A stretch of 64,000 nucleotides of DNA from Saccostrea cucullata (lineage: Eukaryota), in the NCBI RefSeq assembly GCF_032062105.1, contig NW_026919181.1, positions 1-64,000 of the forward strand, given 5' to 3'. The translations under genes and the position numbers were made by a program. Every line of letters starts with the position of its first letter. The stretch's first letter is position 1. Below, in pieces: positions 12,871 through 24,983 of this stretch. Under the pieces are notes generated by a model. That model worked only from the letters and a program-made list of their open reading frames with translations. It was not told the origin of the DNA and did no database searches.

Positions 12871-13010
12871 TAAAAACAACACATTGTGCTAAAATGCTTG
12901 AATGTATGATGAGAGGAGATCCCAGTAAGTTTCCTTGGGAAAATAACGAAGCAATATAATGCACAGTCTGTCTTTGTGTATATGCTATTCATAGCTTATT
13001 TAAACTTGAT

Positions 13011-13318
13011 GATAAATCTAGGTCTCTTCCGAGGGGACGAATATACGATCCGAGGATAAATCTAGATGTCTTCCGAGGAGACGAATATACGATCCGAGGA
13101 TATATCTAGATGTCTTCCGAGGAGACGAATATACGATCCGAGAATAAATCTAGATGTCTTCCGAGGAGACAAATATACGATACCAGGATAAATCTAGATC
13201 TTTTCCGAGGAGACGAATACACGATCCAAGGTTAAATCTAGATCTCTTCCGAGGAGACGCATATATGATTCGAGGATAAATCCAGATGTCTTCCGAGCGA
13301 CGAATACACAATCCGACG
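13011..13318 (+). repeat. 44-bp minisatellite, ~7 copies
   Basis: Unit gataaatctagatgtcttccgaggagacgaatatacgatccgag. Confidence 0.95.
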
Positions 13319-13441
13319 TAAACTTAAGAGGACTCCATTTAATGATTTAGAACTTTAAATACCATGCTTAACGAAATTATATATTAAAAGAGATAATGGT
13401 TCCAAATGTTTATTTTAATTGAAAGAAAACGAAACATTATG

Positions 13442-15386
13442 TTACAGAACACTCTTCTGGCTCCAAACAAAAGAGAAATCCTCACAAATAAAGGGAAGTT
13501 TCAGTCCGTCTTCTCCCGTATAGTACGTGTAGTTTCTCTCCGTCACCCAACGCCACCTACCGTCGTTATGATAAGTCAAAAGGAGACCAAAGATTGGGTC
13601 AACTGCTGTCTCGCCTTCGTCGTTAGGATTCCAGTTCTGATACGTCACAGATGTCTCGCCCCTATCGTTAGGATTCCAGTTCTGATACGTCAATGGTATC
13701 CAATCATCAAAAATGAGTCCCTCATTGTCGTCAAATGTCAAATGCAAATGAACCGTTGACATCAACTTCTACAGCAAAGGACAAGAAAAATTTATATTAT
13801 ACTCAAAAAACTTTATTTTATTTTTATGAATAAGGATTAGTAGTATCTTTTCTAGAATGTTTTTTAACACCGCCTATACGACATGACTTGATGCTTTAAA
13901 TCCTGTTGCTCTAAAAATTGATAAAATTTGATCTGTTGTATCCAAATTCAAAAGACATTGAAAGGGAGCGTATCCTTTTTTGCGTGGTAGCATATGTAAC
14001 AATAGAAAATTTTCTAACGAGCATAAGCTAACCTAGGCAAAACTACAATTCAATTTAAAGAACAAAGGTAAATAAGTGCCTTTGGTGGATGGTGTTCCTG
14101 TCCAAAAATACTGTTGTTTGAATGAAATTAATAATTAACAATTTTGATACACTGCGAAAATATGCTTTCCAGATTAAATGTGAAGTTTGTTTTCTTTATT
14201 TCAAAAATTTAAAATCAGATTTGTAGAACGCTAAAAAATATCTCACTATTTATCAAAGGTGTTTCAATATAATCTATATTATTTTTTGATGAAAGAGTAT
14301 CTATTTTTATTCAAAGGCAAGTTAGAGAAATTCGAAAAAAAAAACGATTGTATTCATTTCATTTAAATAAAAGCATTTTATGAATAAATTGTTTTATTAC
14401 CCAGGCTTACGCCTTGAAACCTCCCAAGGAACAACAGCATGTAATAAAAAGAAAATTAATGACTGGATTGTATACAGGCGTCTCATTATATCGCGGTACT
14501 TAAATCTTTTGCATAAAAAGTGTATTTTGATTTTTTTAAATTAACTTTCATAAAATGATATTAGTAATGCAAACTATGGCCTAACTTTTTAGTATCAAAT
14601 TATTTCCCAAGCTTGCATCGTCTAAGTTGAAGTCTATTTTTAACTCCTAAACTGGAGAGTCTCAAAGTATCGCGGTTATGGGAAAACGTGGAAACTTGAG
14701 GTTGACATGGACTTCAATTCTTATTTTTTTTTATTTTACCATGTAATTTTACGTAAGAAAATAAACAATTATACAAACTAAAGATTTTAAAACATTAACT
14801 TTATATGAATTTTACTATAAACTCGGTGGGCTAAAAATAATAAAAACGGAGATCGATTTTTGTAAAATTATGTTTAATTTGAATAATTTTTTTTTCATAC
14901 ACATTTTCCATACTTTTTAATCATCACAAAAATTTACATTGAGATGACAGACTGATATTTTTTCATCAAAAAGCATATGAGCTATGTATCTGATTTTTTG
15001 AAATATACCGCGATACAATGAAACCCGCGGTATAATGAGAATCGAGTACATATGGTAAAATTACTTGATAAGTAGATTGTTTACATACCCGGATGAAAAC
15101 AGTTAACTATAAAATGTATTAGCTAGATGAACTATATTGTTCAATTACCCGGATGTATGCGGTTTACGCCTAAAAATCTTCCATATCCATCACCATACCA
15201 GACCAGAAGCTCTTCGACCGGCTCTACGTCACGTTACGTCATATAGAAGATGATGCCCTTGCACTTGATAGAGATGACATTTTCCTGTTGATATTTGGTG
15301 GGAGAATTAACGAATCGTAACCAGTTACTACAGGCCGGATCTTCTGCATCTATGTTGTAAGTACCATCGGTCCCCAGTTTATCTAC
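13442..15386 (-). pseudogene. PR/SET (PRDM-type) domain exon (15386-15149) spliced to a C-type-lectin-like terminal exon (13768-13442); disabled; upstream exons not found
   Basis: Exon A translates VDKLGTDGTYNIDAEDPACSNWLRFVNSPTKYQQENVISIKCKGIIFYMT*RDVEPVEELLVWYGDGYGRFLGVNRIHP and has an AG acceptor and a phase-1 GT donor. Exon B contains IFDDWIPLTYQNWNPND...WRWV...LPFICE. Lesions: TAA at 15236-15234 and a 7-bp tandem duplication (atttgac x2) near the start of exon B. Confidence 0.82.
14475..15046. mobile_element. TA-flanked MITE (Tc1/mariner-pogo type) in the intron of the PR/SET-lectin pseudogene
   Basis: TA|CAGGCGTCTCATTATATCGCGG ... CCGCGGTATAATGAGAATCGAG|TA. Confidence 0.65.
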
Positions 15387-15544
15387 CTTTGAACACAATA
15401 AGATCCTAATTGTTAAGAATTAATTTTAGTTCGGAATATTTAATATATTTAATACTTTAACAGAACCAGATCAATATTGATCAAAACTACTTTAAGGTAA
15501 TGAATTTTTAGGATTTAAAAGAATCTAAAAAATAAAGCATTGTG

Positions 15545-15930
15545 AGAGTGTTGCATTAGCAATACAAGTCCCCTACCGGCAAGTGTAATCTTGTCCTTTC
15601 TAAAATTGAAAATTTTATCATACATTTTTAAAGTGGAAAGAAAAAAAAATCTATCTATAACTTAATAACTCATTAAGGTCAAGCAACTTTCACTAGAAAT
15701 AACTCAATATCTCCAAGTGTTTAGAAAAATGAAGGGATCATTGAAGCGTTACAAAATGAAAACTTGATTTGAAACTTACATACATAAAATCAGATCAAAA
15801 TCTTCAAGGGTTTACATGTAGGAGGGAAAAATGCAGAAAACAAAGTTGAACAGAATGAGTGACAGCTAGACGGACGGATAAACAGGCAGACAGGCGGGGG
15901 ACGAAAGGATAGGGAAAGCTAGACGGGCGG
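15545..15930 (+). mobile_element. HINE-like (Helentron-associated) fragment
   Basis: Head gagtgttgc...agcaatacaagtcccctaccgg, one decayed central repeat, then a GACG/GACA-type microsatellite (15860-15930). Confidence 0.55.
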
Positions 15931-17051
15931 ACACTTCATCTTACTGATCAGGGGAACAATGATGTTAATTAAACGCCACTAGGTAAACAACAATTCATCT
16001 TACTGATCAGGGGAACAATGATGTTTATAAAACGCCATTAAGTAAACAACACTTTATCTTACTGATCAGGGGAACAATGATGTTAATTAAACGCCACTAG
16101 GTAAACAACACTCCATCTTACTGATCAGGGAAACAATGATGTTTATAAAACGCCACTAAGTAAAGAACACTTTATTTTACTGATCAGGGGAAAAATGATG
16201 TTAATAGACCACCACTAGATAAACAACACTTCGTCTTATTGATCAGGAGGAAAATTATGTTAATGAAAGGCCACTAGGCAAACAACACTTCATCTTACTG
16301 ATCAGCTTGCAGGGGAACAATGATGTTAATAAAACGCCACTAGGCAAAAAACACTTCATCTTACTGATCAGGAGAACAATGATGTTTATTAAAAACCACT
16401 AGGTAAACAACACTTCATCTTACTGATCAGGGGAACAATGATGTTAATTAAACGCCACTAGGTAAACAACAATTCATCTAACTTGTCAGGGGAACAATGA
16501 TGTTTATAAAACGCCACTAAGTAAACAACACTTTATTTTACTGATCAGGGGAACAATAATGTTAATTAAACACCATTAGGTAAACAACACTCCATCTTAC
16601 TGATCAGGGGAACAATGATGTTAATTAAACGCCACTAGGTAAACAACTCTTCATCTTACTGATCAGGGGAACAATGAGTTTAATTAAACGTCACTAGGTA
16701 AACAACACTTCATCTTACTGATCAGGGGAACAATGATGTTAACAAACTGCCACTAGGTAAACAACATTTCATCTAACTGATCAGGGGAACAATGATATTT
16801 ATAAAACGCCACTAGGTAAACAACACCTCATCTTATTGATCAGGAGAACAATGATGTTAATTCAACTACACTAGGTAAACAACACTTCATCATACTGATC
16901 AGAGGAACAATGATGTTAATTAAACGCCACTTGGTAAACAATACCTCATCTTACTAATCAGAGAAACAATGATGTTAATAAAAAGCCATTAGGTAAACAA
17001 CACCTCATCTTCCTGATCAGGGGAACAATGATGTTAATAAACCGCCACTAG
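15931..17051 (+). repeat. 59-bp satellite, left block (~19 copies)
   Basis: Unit acacttcatcttactgatcaggggaacaatgatgttaattaaacgccactaggtaaaca. Confidence 0.97.
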
Positions 17052-18393
17052 CCCAGATAGCAAGACATAGTTGGGCCAACGTTGGCCCAATTTTTTTTCC
17101 AACGTTGGCCCACTGTTGGTAACCTTACGTTGGCCAACGGTAATTTTGCTCATCGGCCCAACATTTGGTCCAACATGTTGGCATATTGTTGGGCCAACAT
17201 AGGTATAATTGTATGACAACTAACAGCCAATCTTAATAACTGGTTGGTTAGGTTGGCCCAACGTTGGCCCTTTGTTGAAATGTCAGATGGCATATTGTTG
17301 GGCCAACGTAGTTATTAGTGTATGCTAACTAACAGCCAACCTTAATACTGTTTTGTTAGGTTGGCCCAACGTTGGCCCTGTGTTGAAATGTCAGATGGCA
17401 TATTGTTGGGCCAATGTAGTTTTTAGTGTATGCCAACTAACAGCCAACCTTAACAACTGGTTGGTTAGGTTGGCCCAATGTTGACCCTTTTTTTACAATG
17501 TCAGATGGCAAATTGTTTGGCAACGTAGTTATTACATAGAAACAATTGCAATTGGTTGAGTGATTCTTTACATAAACCTTTTTTATGAATGTTTAAAAAA
17601 ATTAATACACAATTCAATCTGCATTCATAATGCATTCATGGACATGTTCAACATGAAAACATTACTAATGATTCACTGTGATAATATTTTATATACATCA
17701 ATTCAATCATAATTTACAAAATAAATTTTAAAATAGACAACAGAGGTAAATTATGAAAAATTATCAATTAAAAGTTCTTAATCAAGGCTCACTTCCTTTA
17801 TTATAGTTCTTTTGTTGTATTCCCGCTCTTTTTCCGTCCCTTCGTCGCCTCCCGTTTTCTTCATCTTGATCTTTGTCATACGGACTCATACTTTATACAC
17901 TTCTTTATGCATGGTCTTCGATTTCATTGTTATTTACATGTACCGCCACATTTGTTTTCCTTGCAGTCTCTGGCTGAATTTCTTTGTTACAATCGTGTCT
18001 GAAATAGACAGTTAAGAATTAGATAGATAGAAACAACTTAAAAGATGTTATTTAACCTTTACTTACAGTGCTTGTGTGCAAAAACATGACAAGAATGAAT
18101 TCCGAATCAATGTTAATAGTTAACCTGAATAAATAAATATAAATATACTTACATCGCTTCTAAATGCAGCTGTATAGCAAATGTATAATCCACAAGTTTA
18201 AATTTCACTTCTTCTTGCTTGCCCAGCATTATCACCACCTGTGAGCAATTGAATCTGACAGCTCACTCCACAATTTGGTCACGTGATAGCGAACGCCTAA
18301 CTTTTGTTTCAATTTAATTATAAAGCTGTGTCATTTTGATTTATGTATATGTAGGCTTTATTCACATCCTGTTCCTGAGAACGTATTCAGTCT

Positions 18394-18999
18394 TAGTCTC
18401 GCTCAACCAGACGCTCGGCTGTCTCCGTAAACTCCGACCAGCAGAGAGTCTGGTAAAGAGTCACATTAGCGTTTGTTACCGTCAGAGGGCGCTATCTTGT
18501 TTACATTTTGACGACTTCTTTTTGAAACGAATATTGTACATGTTTTTCCTGTTAGATTGTGAGTTTATATTAATAAATTGATCTTTAAAATTGGACATAA
18601 CAACGAGTAATTACAATATCAGTCGAAGAAATATGTATTCCGCAGGTAGCTAAACTACTTTCACTTTAGCTTCCGTAAAAAAATAATAATACATGATATT
18701 TTTTTTTCAAAGACACTTACCTATAACCCGTTCACATTACCATAAATAATAAAATTATTCCTCTTTAACTGCTAGAACTTTTAGACATTTAACTTTTAAA
18801 ACTTTAAGTTATTTTTCTGCCGATTTACGATGTATTTGTTTAAATTGTGGCTGTGTGTTCTTTTCAGCCAATCAAAAACTTTACCAGAATTTTGGTCAGC
18901 CTCGTTTTGGCGTCACAAACGATATCACGTATGTTTACCAGACCCTCTGGCTGGTCGGAGATTTACGGAGACAGCCGAGTGTCTGGTTGAACGAGACTA
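18394..18999. mobile_element. AcademH-type MITE, 606 bp, nested in the CMC element
   Basis: TAG...CTA termini, ~65-bp TIRs (TAGTCTCGxTCAACCAGAC...GTCTGGTAAA), perfect 9-bp TSD ATTCAGTCT (18385-18393 and 19000-19008). Confidence 0.88.
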
Positions 19000-19449
19000 A
19001 TTCAGTCTTCTCTAAATTCTCATGAATACAACGCTTATGAAAAAATTCATAATTTCAAGGGTTTTATTTCAAATAAATAATCATGCATGTGCACAATTCA
19101 AAAAATATAATAAAACACTCTTTGGAGCTGTGATCACTTAAGTTAAAATTTAAAATGTTGAATATATCAGATCTGAACAAAAAGAGTCATCCAATTAAAA
19201 GCATGGACATAGAATGTCAGCTCAGCAGCTAAAATTGACACCATCTTTAGTTGGTAGTATTATAATTGGGCCAGCGTTGGCCCAATATAAATATCCCATC
19301 TTTGAAACACCTAAACAAAAGAACACTCGTGCTAACATCGGGCCAACGTACTACAATGTACTACCAAATTGTACTACCACATTTTTTGAGGATGTATTAC
19401 AAACATTGGGCCAATATAATACTACCCATTTGATAAGACACTTTCTTTA

Positions 19450-19990
19450 AGGGTGTATAACAAACATTGGGCCAACGTTGGGCCAACACACTACTACCAG
19501 TTTGATAAGACACTTTATTAAGGATGTATTACAAACATTTGGCCAACGTTAGGCCAACATACTACTATCAACTTGATAAGACACATTCTTTATGGGTGTA
19601 TAACAAACATCGGGCCAACGTTGGGCCAATATACTACTACCAACTTTAAAAGACACTTTCTTTAAGTGTGTATTACAGATATCGGGCCAACGTTGGGCCA
19701 ACATACTACTACCAACTTTAAAAGACACTTTCTTTAAGGGTGTATTACAAACATTGGGCCAACGTTGGGTCAACATACTACTACCAACATTAAAAGACAC
19801 TTTCTTTAAGGGTGTATCACAAACATCGGGCCAACGTTGGGCCAACATACTACTACCAACATTAAAAGACACTTTCTTTAAGGGTGTATCACAAACATCG
19901 GGCCAACGTTGGGCCAACATACTACTATCAACTTTAAAAGACACTTTCTTTTAAGAGTGTATTACAAACAGTTGGCCAACATTGGGCCAA
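19450..19990 (+). repeat. 72-bp subterminal tandem repeat (~7 copies) of the CMC element; ~108-bp repeats at 17180-17530 at the other end
   Basis: gggccaacgttgggccaacatactactaccaac...aaagacactttctttaagggtgtat recurs with 72-bp period. Confidence 0.92.
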
Positions 19991-20192
19991 CATCAACATC
20001 CCTCCTTCCTTGGGAAGTTAAGTGAATGGAAGTTGCTAACGTTGGACCGACGTTGGGCCAACATAGGAATTCTGTCATGGTCGAGGAGGTTGGCATGGTG
20101 ACATTGGTCCAACGCTGGCCCAACGTTGTTCCCCCAACGCCAACCATACAACCGTTTGCCAATGTTGGCCCAACATAGTCTTGCTATCTGGG

Positions 20193-21687
20193 AGGTAAAC
20201 AACACTTCATCTTACTGATCAGGGGAAGAATGATGTTAATTAAACGCCACTAGGTAAACAACATTTCATTTAACTGATCAGGGGAACTATGATGTTTATA
20301 AAACGCCACTAAGTACACAACACTTTATTTTACTGATAAGGGGAACAATAATGTTAATTGAACGCCACTAGGTAAACAACTCTTCATCTTAGTGATCAGG
20401 GGAACAATGATGTTAATAAAACGCCACTAGGCAAACAACACTTCATGTTACTGATCAGGGGAACAATGATGTTTATAAAACGCCACTAAGTAAACAACAC
20501 TTCATCTTACTGATCAGGGGAACAATGACGTTAATTAAACACCACTAGGTAAAAAACACTTTATCTTATTGATCAGGGGAAGAATAATGTTAATTAAACG
20601 TCACTAGGTAAACAACTTTTCATGTTACTGATCAGGGGAACAATGATGTTAATAAAACGCCACTAGGCAAACAACACTTCATGTTACTGATCAGGGGAAC
20701 AATGATGTTAATTAAACGTCACTAGGTAAACAACACTTCATCTTACTGATCAGGGGAACAATGATGTTAATAAAACGTCACTAGGTAAACAACTTTTCAT
20801 CTTACTGATCAGGGGAACAATGATGTTAATAATACGCCACTAGGTAAAAAACACTTTATCTTATTGATCAGGGGAAGAATAATGTTAATTAAACACCACT
20901 AGGTAAACAACACTTAATCTTACTGATCAGGGAAACAATGATGTTTATAAAACGCCACTAAGTAAACAATACTTTATCTACTGATCAGGAGAAAAATAAT
21001 GTTAATAAACCACCACTAGATAAACAACACTTCGTCTTATTGATCAGGGGAACAATGATGTTAATAAAACGCCACTAGGTAAACAACACTTCATGTTACT
21101 GATCAGGGGAACAATGATGTTAATAAAACGTCACTAGGTAAACAACTTTTCATCTAACTGATCAGGGGAACAATGATGTTAATAAAACGTCACTAGGTAA
21201 ACAACTTTTCATGTTACTGATCAGGGGAACAATGATGTAAATAAAACGCCTCTAAGTAAACAACTCTTCATCTTACTGATCAGGGGAACAATGATGTTTA
21301 TAAAACGCCTCTAAGTAAACAACTCTTCATCTTACTGATCAGGGGAACAATGATGTTAATTAAACGCAACTAGGTAAACAACACTTTTTCTTACTGATCA
21401 GGAAAACCATGATGTTAATAAAACGCCATTAGGTAAACAACACCTCATCTTACTGATCAGATCCTCAATGATGTTAATAAAACGCCACTAGGTAAACATC
21501 ACTTCATCTTACTGATCATAGGAACAATGATGTTAAAAAAACGCCATTTTGTAAACAACACCTCATTTTACTTATCAGGGGAACAATGATTTTAATTAAA
21601 AGCCATTAGGTAAACAACACCTCATCTTACTGATCAGGGGAACAATGATGTTAATTAAACGCCACTAGGTAAACAACACTTCATCTT
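20193..21687 (+). repeat. 59-bp satellite, right block (~25 copies)
   Basis: Same unit as 15931-17051, resuming in register after the transposon. Confidence 0.97.
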
Positions 21688-22590
21688 AAAAAAACAAATT
21701 TACTCTTTGATATTTCCTTAAACATTTGAAACGGCTATGAAAAATTCTAAGAGTCGATTTTATTTTTAAATATTATTTAATTGTTTTATTTTTTTTCAAT
21801 TTCTAACAGATGGATATTCAAACTGGTTTTACCACAAATTTACAAAGACAACCCATTAGTCAGATGAAACATCTCTGATAAAATAACCAATTTTTAAAAT
21901 TCATCATGGGAATCTTTTCCTTGTTTTTTTTAATAATGTTTATTGCCCCAAGTGTATCCCTTTACCCTTTTTATATAGCTCATGTGATATTGATTTTGTA
22001 TCCCACAGATGTGAGTCATAATGGGTTTACCAAAGGAAGGAAATTAAAGTGGAGTCCTATATATACAAGCCTGTGTAAACCATGGATTGTGAAGTATTAA
22101 ACATGGGATGAAAAGAATTTCCCATGGTTTTTTTTGTTCGATTTGGTCGGGGATAAAAATCACACAATTTGTTGGATAAAAATAATATCCAACTACAAAT
22201 CATGGGAGATCCTACATAGATCAAACAGAAAAAAAAATTGTGAAGGATTATGTTTTGAGAAGTTTGGGGTTGAACTCCTGAAGGATTAAAAGTTTCATTA
22301 ATTCTCTTTACTGAATGCTCCCAAATAAAAGCTGTACATTATCTGTGTTGTAATAAATTGAAAATCAGACATGTTTTGTTCTTTTTTACGAGCTCTGCAG
22401 AATGATGATGTCTGGGCTGAGAATTAGAATAAATATGGTTTTTTTTAATACATCTTACAGTGGCAACTTTTCTTTCCGTGGATTTCAACATTGAATTAAA
22501 TTCTAATTTTATAGCATTTATACCTTTTAATGCACCTCCCCTGATACAGACCCTTTGGACTAAATGCATGAGACAGCGCCTAGGAAGAAT

Positions 22591-22708
22591 GGCTGTCTCG
22601 CCCTCGGGGCTGAGATATCTATGTCTCAGCCCGTTGTCAAGGGGCTGTCTCGCCCTCGGGGCTGAGATATCTATGTCTCAGCCCGTTGTCAAGAGGCTGT
22701 CTCGCCCT
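22591..22708 (+). repeat. 52-bp GC-rich tandem repeat (2.3 copies), each full unit containing a hairpin
   Basis: ggctgtctcgccctc-gggctgagatatctatgtctcagccc-gttgtcaag at 22591, 22643 and 22695. Confidence 0.9.
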
Positions 22709-24039
22709 CAAATTTCAATAAATTGTTTTTGTTTAATTTATGTGAATTAAGGGTAAAATTCATATTCCAGTATTAATAGTACAATTCATATTCCAATATT
22801 AAAACAGTATGTATCGAAAAATTTAACAAGGGTCTTTAAAAATTATTTATTTATACTAGAATTTTTGAATATTGTTTTTAGAAAGAGCACCAAATGATAT
22901 TACTTGTGATGCAAGAGTAACACTTGTTTACTTCTATGACAGCAGCAAATAATGTTTTAGGAAAAAATGGACGTTTAGTTGCTTGAATAGTTTGAAATGG
23001 GGTTATATATGTTTAAAGGGGAAAAGAATAAGTCCCTATAAATCTGAGACTTACAACTTGTAATGATTCGTTGGAGAAGTTGGAACCCCAGTTCGATCCA
23101 AAGTGAAAGTAGAATGTTTTTAAGTTTGGGACCTTTTAAACCTTTTTTAATCTAATGTGCTTTGAAATGAAATATATTTATTCAACGTCAAGCAGAATTT
23201 TAGGAACATCAAAATAAAGAAAGATAACTTAAACTTTCTTACTATGAAATTATATAAATTTTTTGATAAAAAAATATCTAAATATTTGTTCCTTTCTTTG
23301 CTTTTAAATAAATGATATAAAAAATATCACACCACTGTTTTGTTTATTATAATTCAGAAATCCCCTTACTTGGACTGACAATTATAACTTGAGTTCATTT
23401 ACTTTAAACCAAGTGGTCTGGAACTTTGCTAATGCATAACCTATATCTATTAAAGAGGTCTACCAGGGGTTACATATTTTTGATGCAGTAACCAGGACTT
23501 ATGCATAGAAACCGTGACATCGCTCAGTTAAGATTTTCACAGTGTGGGGAGAATGCATCAATTCTAGAGTTGTAAGGTTACATGTTTGCGGAAGTGGAAG
23601 TCAGGGTACTTTCGTAAGGTTATGACAGGAGTCAATCAGCTCCCTTCGTTTCTCCTTTGAGTGAGATTCAGAGTAATAAAGATACTATCATGAGTTCAAA
23701 GATAACTGATTTAGAACAAGTCCTGCAGGATCTTTTGTGATTATGAAAAATCTTTTCATAAATGCTCCGTGATGTTGTTAATATCAAAAGACCAAAAAGT
23801 ACATAATAAGAATTAGAAAAGTTTCATGGTAGAAATGGAGCGTCGCAGAAAACGCTGCATTCATTTTTAACAATAATTTACATGTGAAGGAATAAATGGT
23901 GTTTTAAAAAGAAAAATGTAGAAACAAATGTTTTCATGTGGATCAAATTGCATTTATTAATTTGTCATCTTAAATAGTTACATAGACATTTCCATTCAAT
24001 ATATAGTCATATAAAATTTCTTGTGAATGATACAAAGGG

Positions 24040-24200
24040 AGATAACGAACAGTATTCAAGATTTAAAGTCCATAAAATAATACAAAACAGAAGTAGAGCA
24101 AATACGATTTAGCATCAACTGCCGACCGGTCACAGCCACTGTGTGTTCATTCTCATGATCGGGATCCGTCATCAAATCAGTACATAAATAATCGACTAAC
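24040..24200 (-). mobile_element. Decayed Penelope-like (Naiad-type) 3' end
   Basis: ataacgaacagtattcaa...aaagtccat...gccgaccggtcaca matches 31345-31565. Confidence 0.75.
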
Positions 24201-24680
24201 TAGTATTTTGTGGTATTTCATATCATTAATTATAAACCTATGAGTTTAGAACGAACAATTTATTTGAAAATTTTTGGAACATTTTTTACTAGTACCATAT
24301 TAATATTATAATAATTGAACAAACTTTTGCATCAATGTCTACAGCTTATGTAAAAAAAAAAACAGGCAGTTTAAAAACAAAATATAGCATAGTATTTCAG
24401 ATTTAAGTTTCGGATGTCCTTTGTTACATATAGCCAGAGATAACATTATAATTAGGTGTGACGTAAATACTTAGCATGTGGTCGTAAATAGTGCTTTGTT
24501 TCCTTTATCTTCAGGAAAAAGTAAATAGTTTCTATTGCTTAAGTACTTCTGACTTTGTTATTGTTTATACTTTTACCTTAAGTAAACAAGTTAATGACAT
24601 AATGATATAATAAGAAGTATCTTTGTGAGATAATTATCTTTCGTCGCAATAAACGTGTTTCCCGTTATACTTCAAACAAT

Positions 24681-24915
24681 AGGAACTCCCAAGTATTCTG
24701 ATGTTTACACACTAAATTTTTGCGCATTATCTAGACATCTCTTTATCACAGTATGCGTCATTCCTGTTATACTGCACACATCAAGTACTGTCAAGGGTAG
24801 CCCTGTCAAGTATTCTGATGTTTACTAACTACATTTTTGGGCATTATCTAGGCATCTCTTTATACACCTTATGACATCATTTGAATGAGGAAATCCCCAA
24901 ATGTCTCTATATATA
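24681..24915 (+). promoter_or_regulatory. Candidate promoter of FReD gene 2: kB site(s), CRE/AP-1-like motif, TATA box
   Basis: GGAAATCCCC (24889-24898; GGGGATTTCC on -), AGGAACTCCC (24681-24690), TGACATCA (~24872), TATATATA (24908-24915), ~70 bp upstream of ATG 24984. Confidence 0.55.
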
Positions 24916-24983
24916 CAATGTGCAATATCTAACTGCTGCACAAAATTCTTTTCCTCTGGTAATCTCACAACAAAATTGAAAGG

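Larger units (their letters stand above)
17052..20192. mobile_element. Non-autonomous CMC/EnSpm (CACTA-superfamily)-type DNA transposon, 3141 bp
   Basis: ~35-bp TIRs CCCAGATAGCAAGAC...; 2-bp TSD AG (17050-17051 and 20193-20194) splitting one satellite unit ccact-AG-gtaaac; many subterminal ttgggccaacgttggcccaa motifs; no transposase. Confidence 0.88.

Noticed and set aside
13406-13759. + strand 117-aa ORF
   Set aside because: It is the antisense shadow of the lectin-like exon on the - strand.
19549-20205. Repetitive ORFs (SSMLAQRWPDVC...) as a repeat protein
   Set aside because: They arise from the 72-bp subterminal repeats of the CMC element, are open on both strands and have no splice or domain support.
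15931-21687. Regular repeat array as a CRISPR-like locus
   Set aside because: Units are contiguous 59-bp monomers with no unique spacers, there are no cas genes, and the context is eukaryotic.
23400-23750. Slightly GC-richer stretch examined for the missing 5' exons of the PR/SET gene
   Set aside because: No GxGV or FGPY-like PR/SET N-terminal motifs and no clean open exon were seen.
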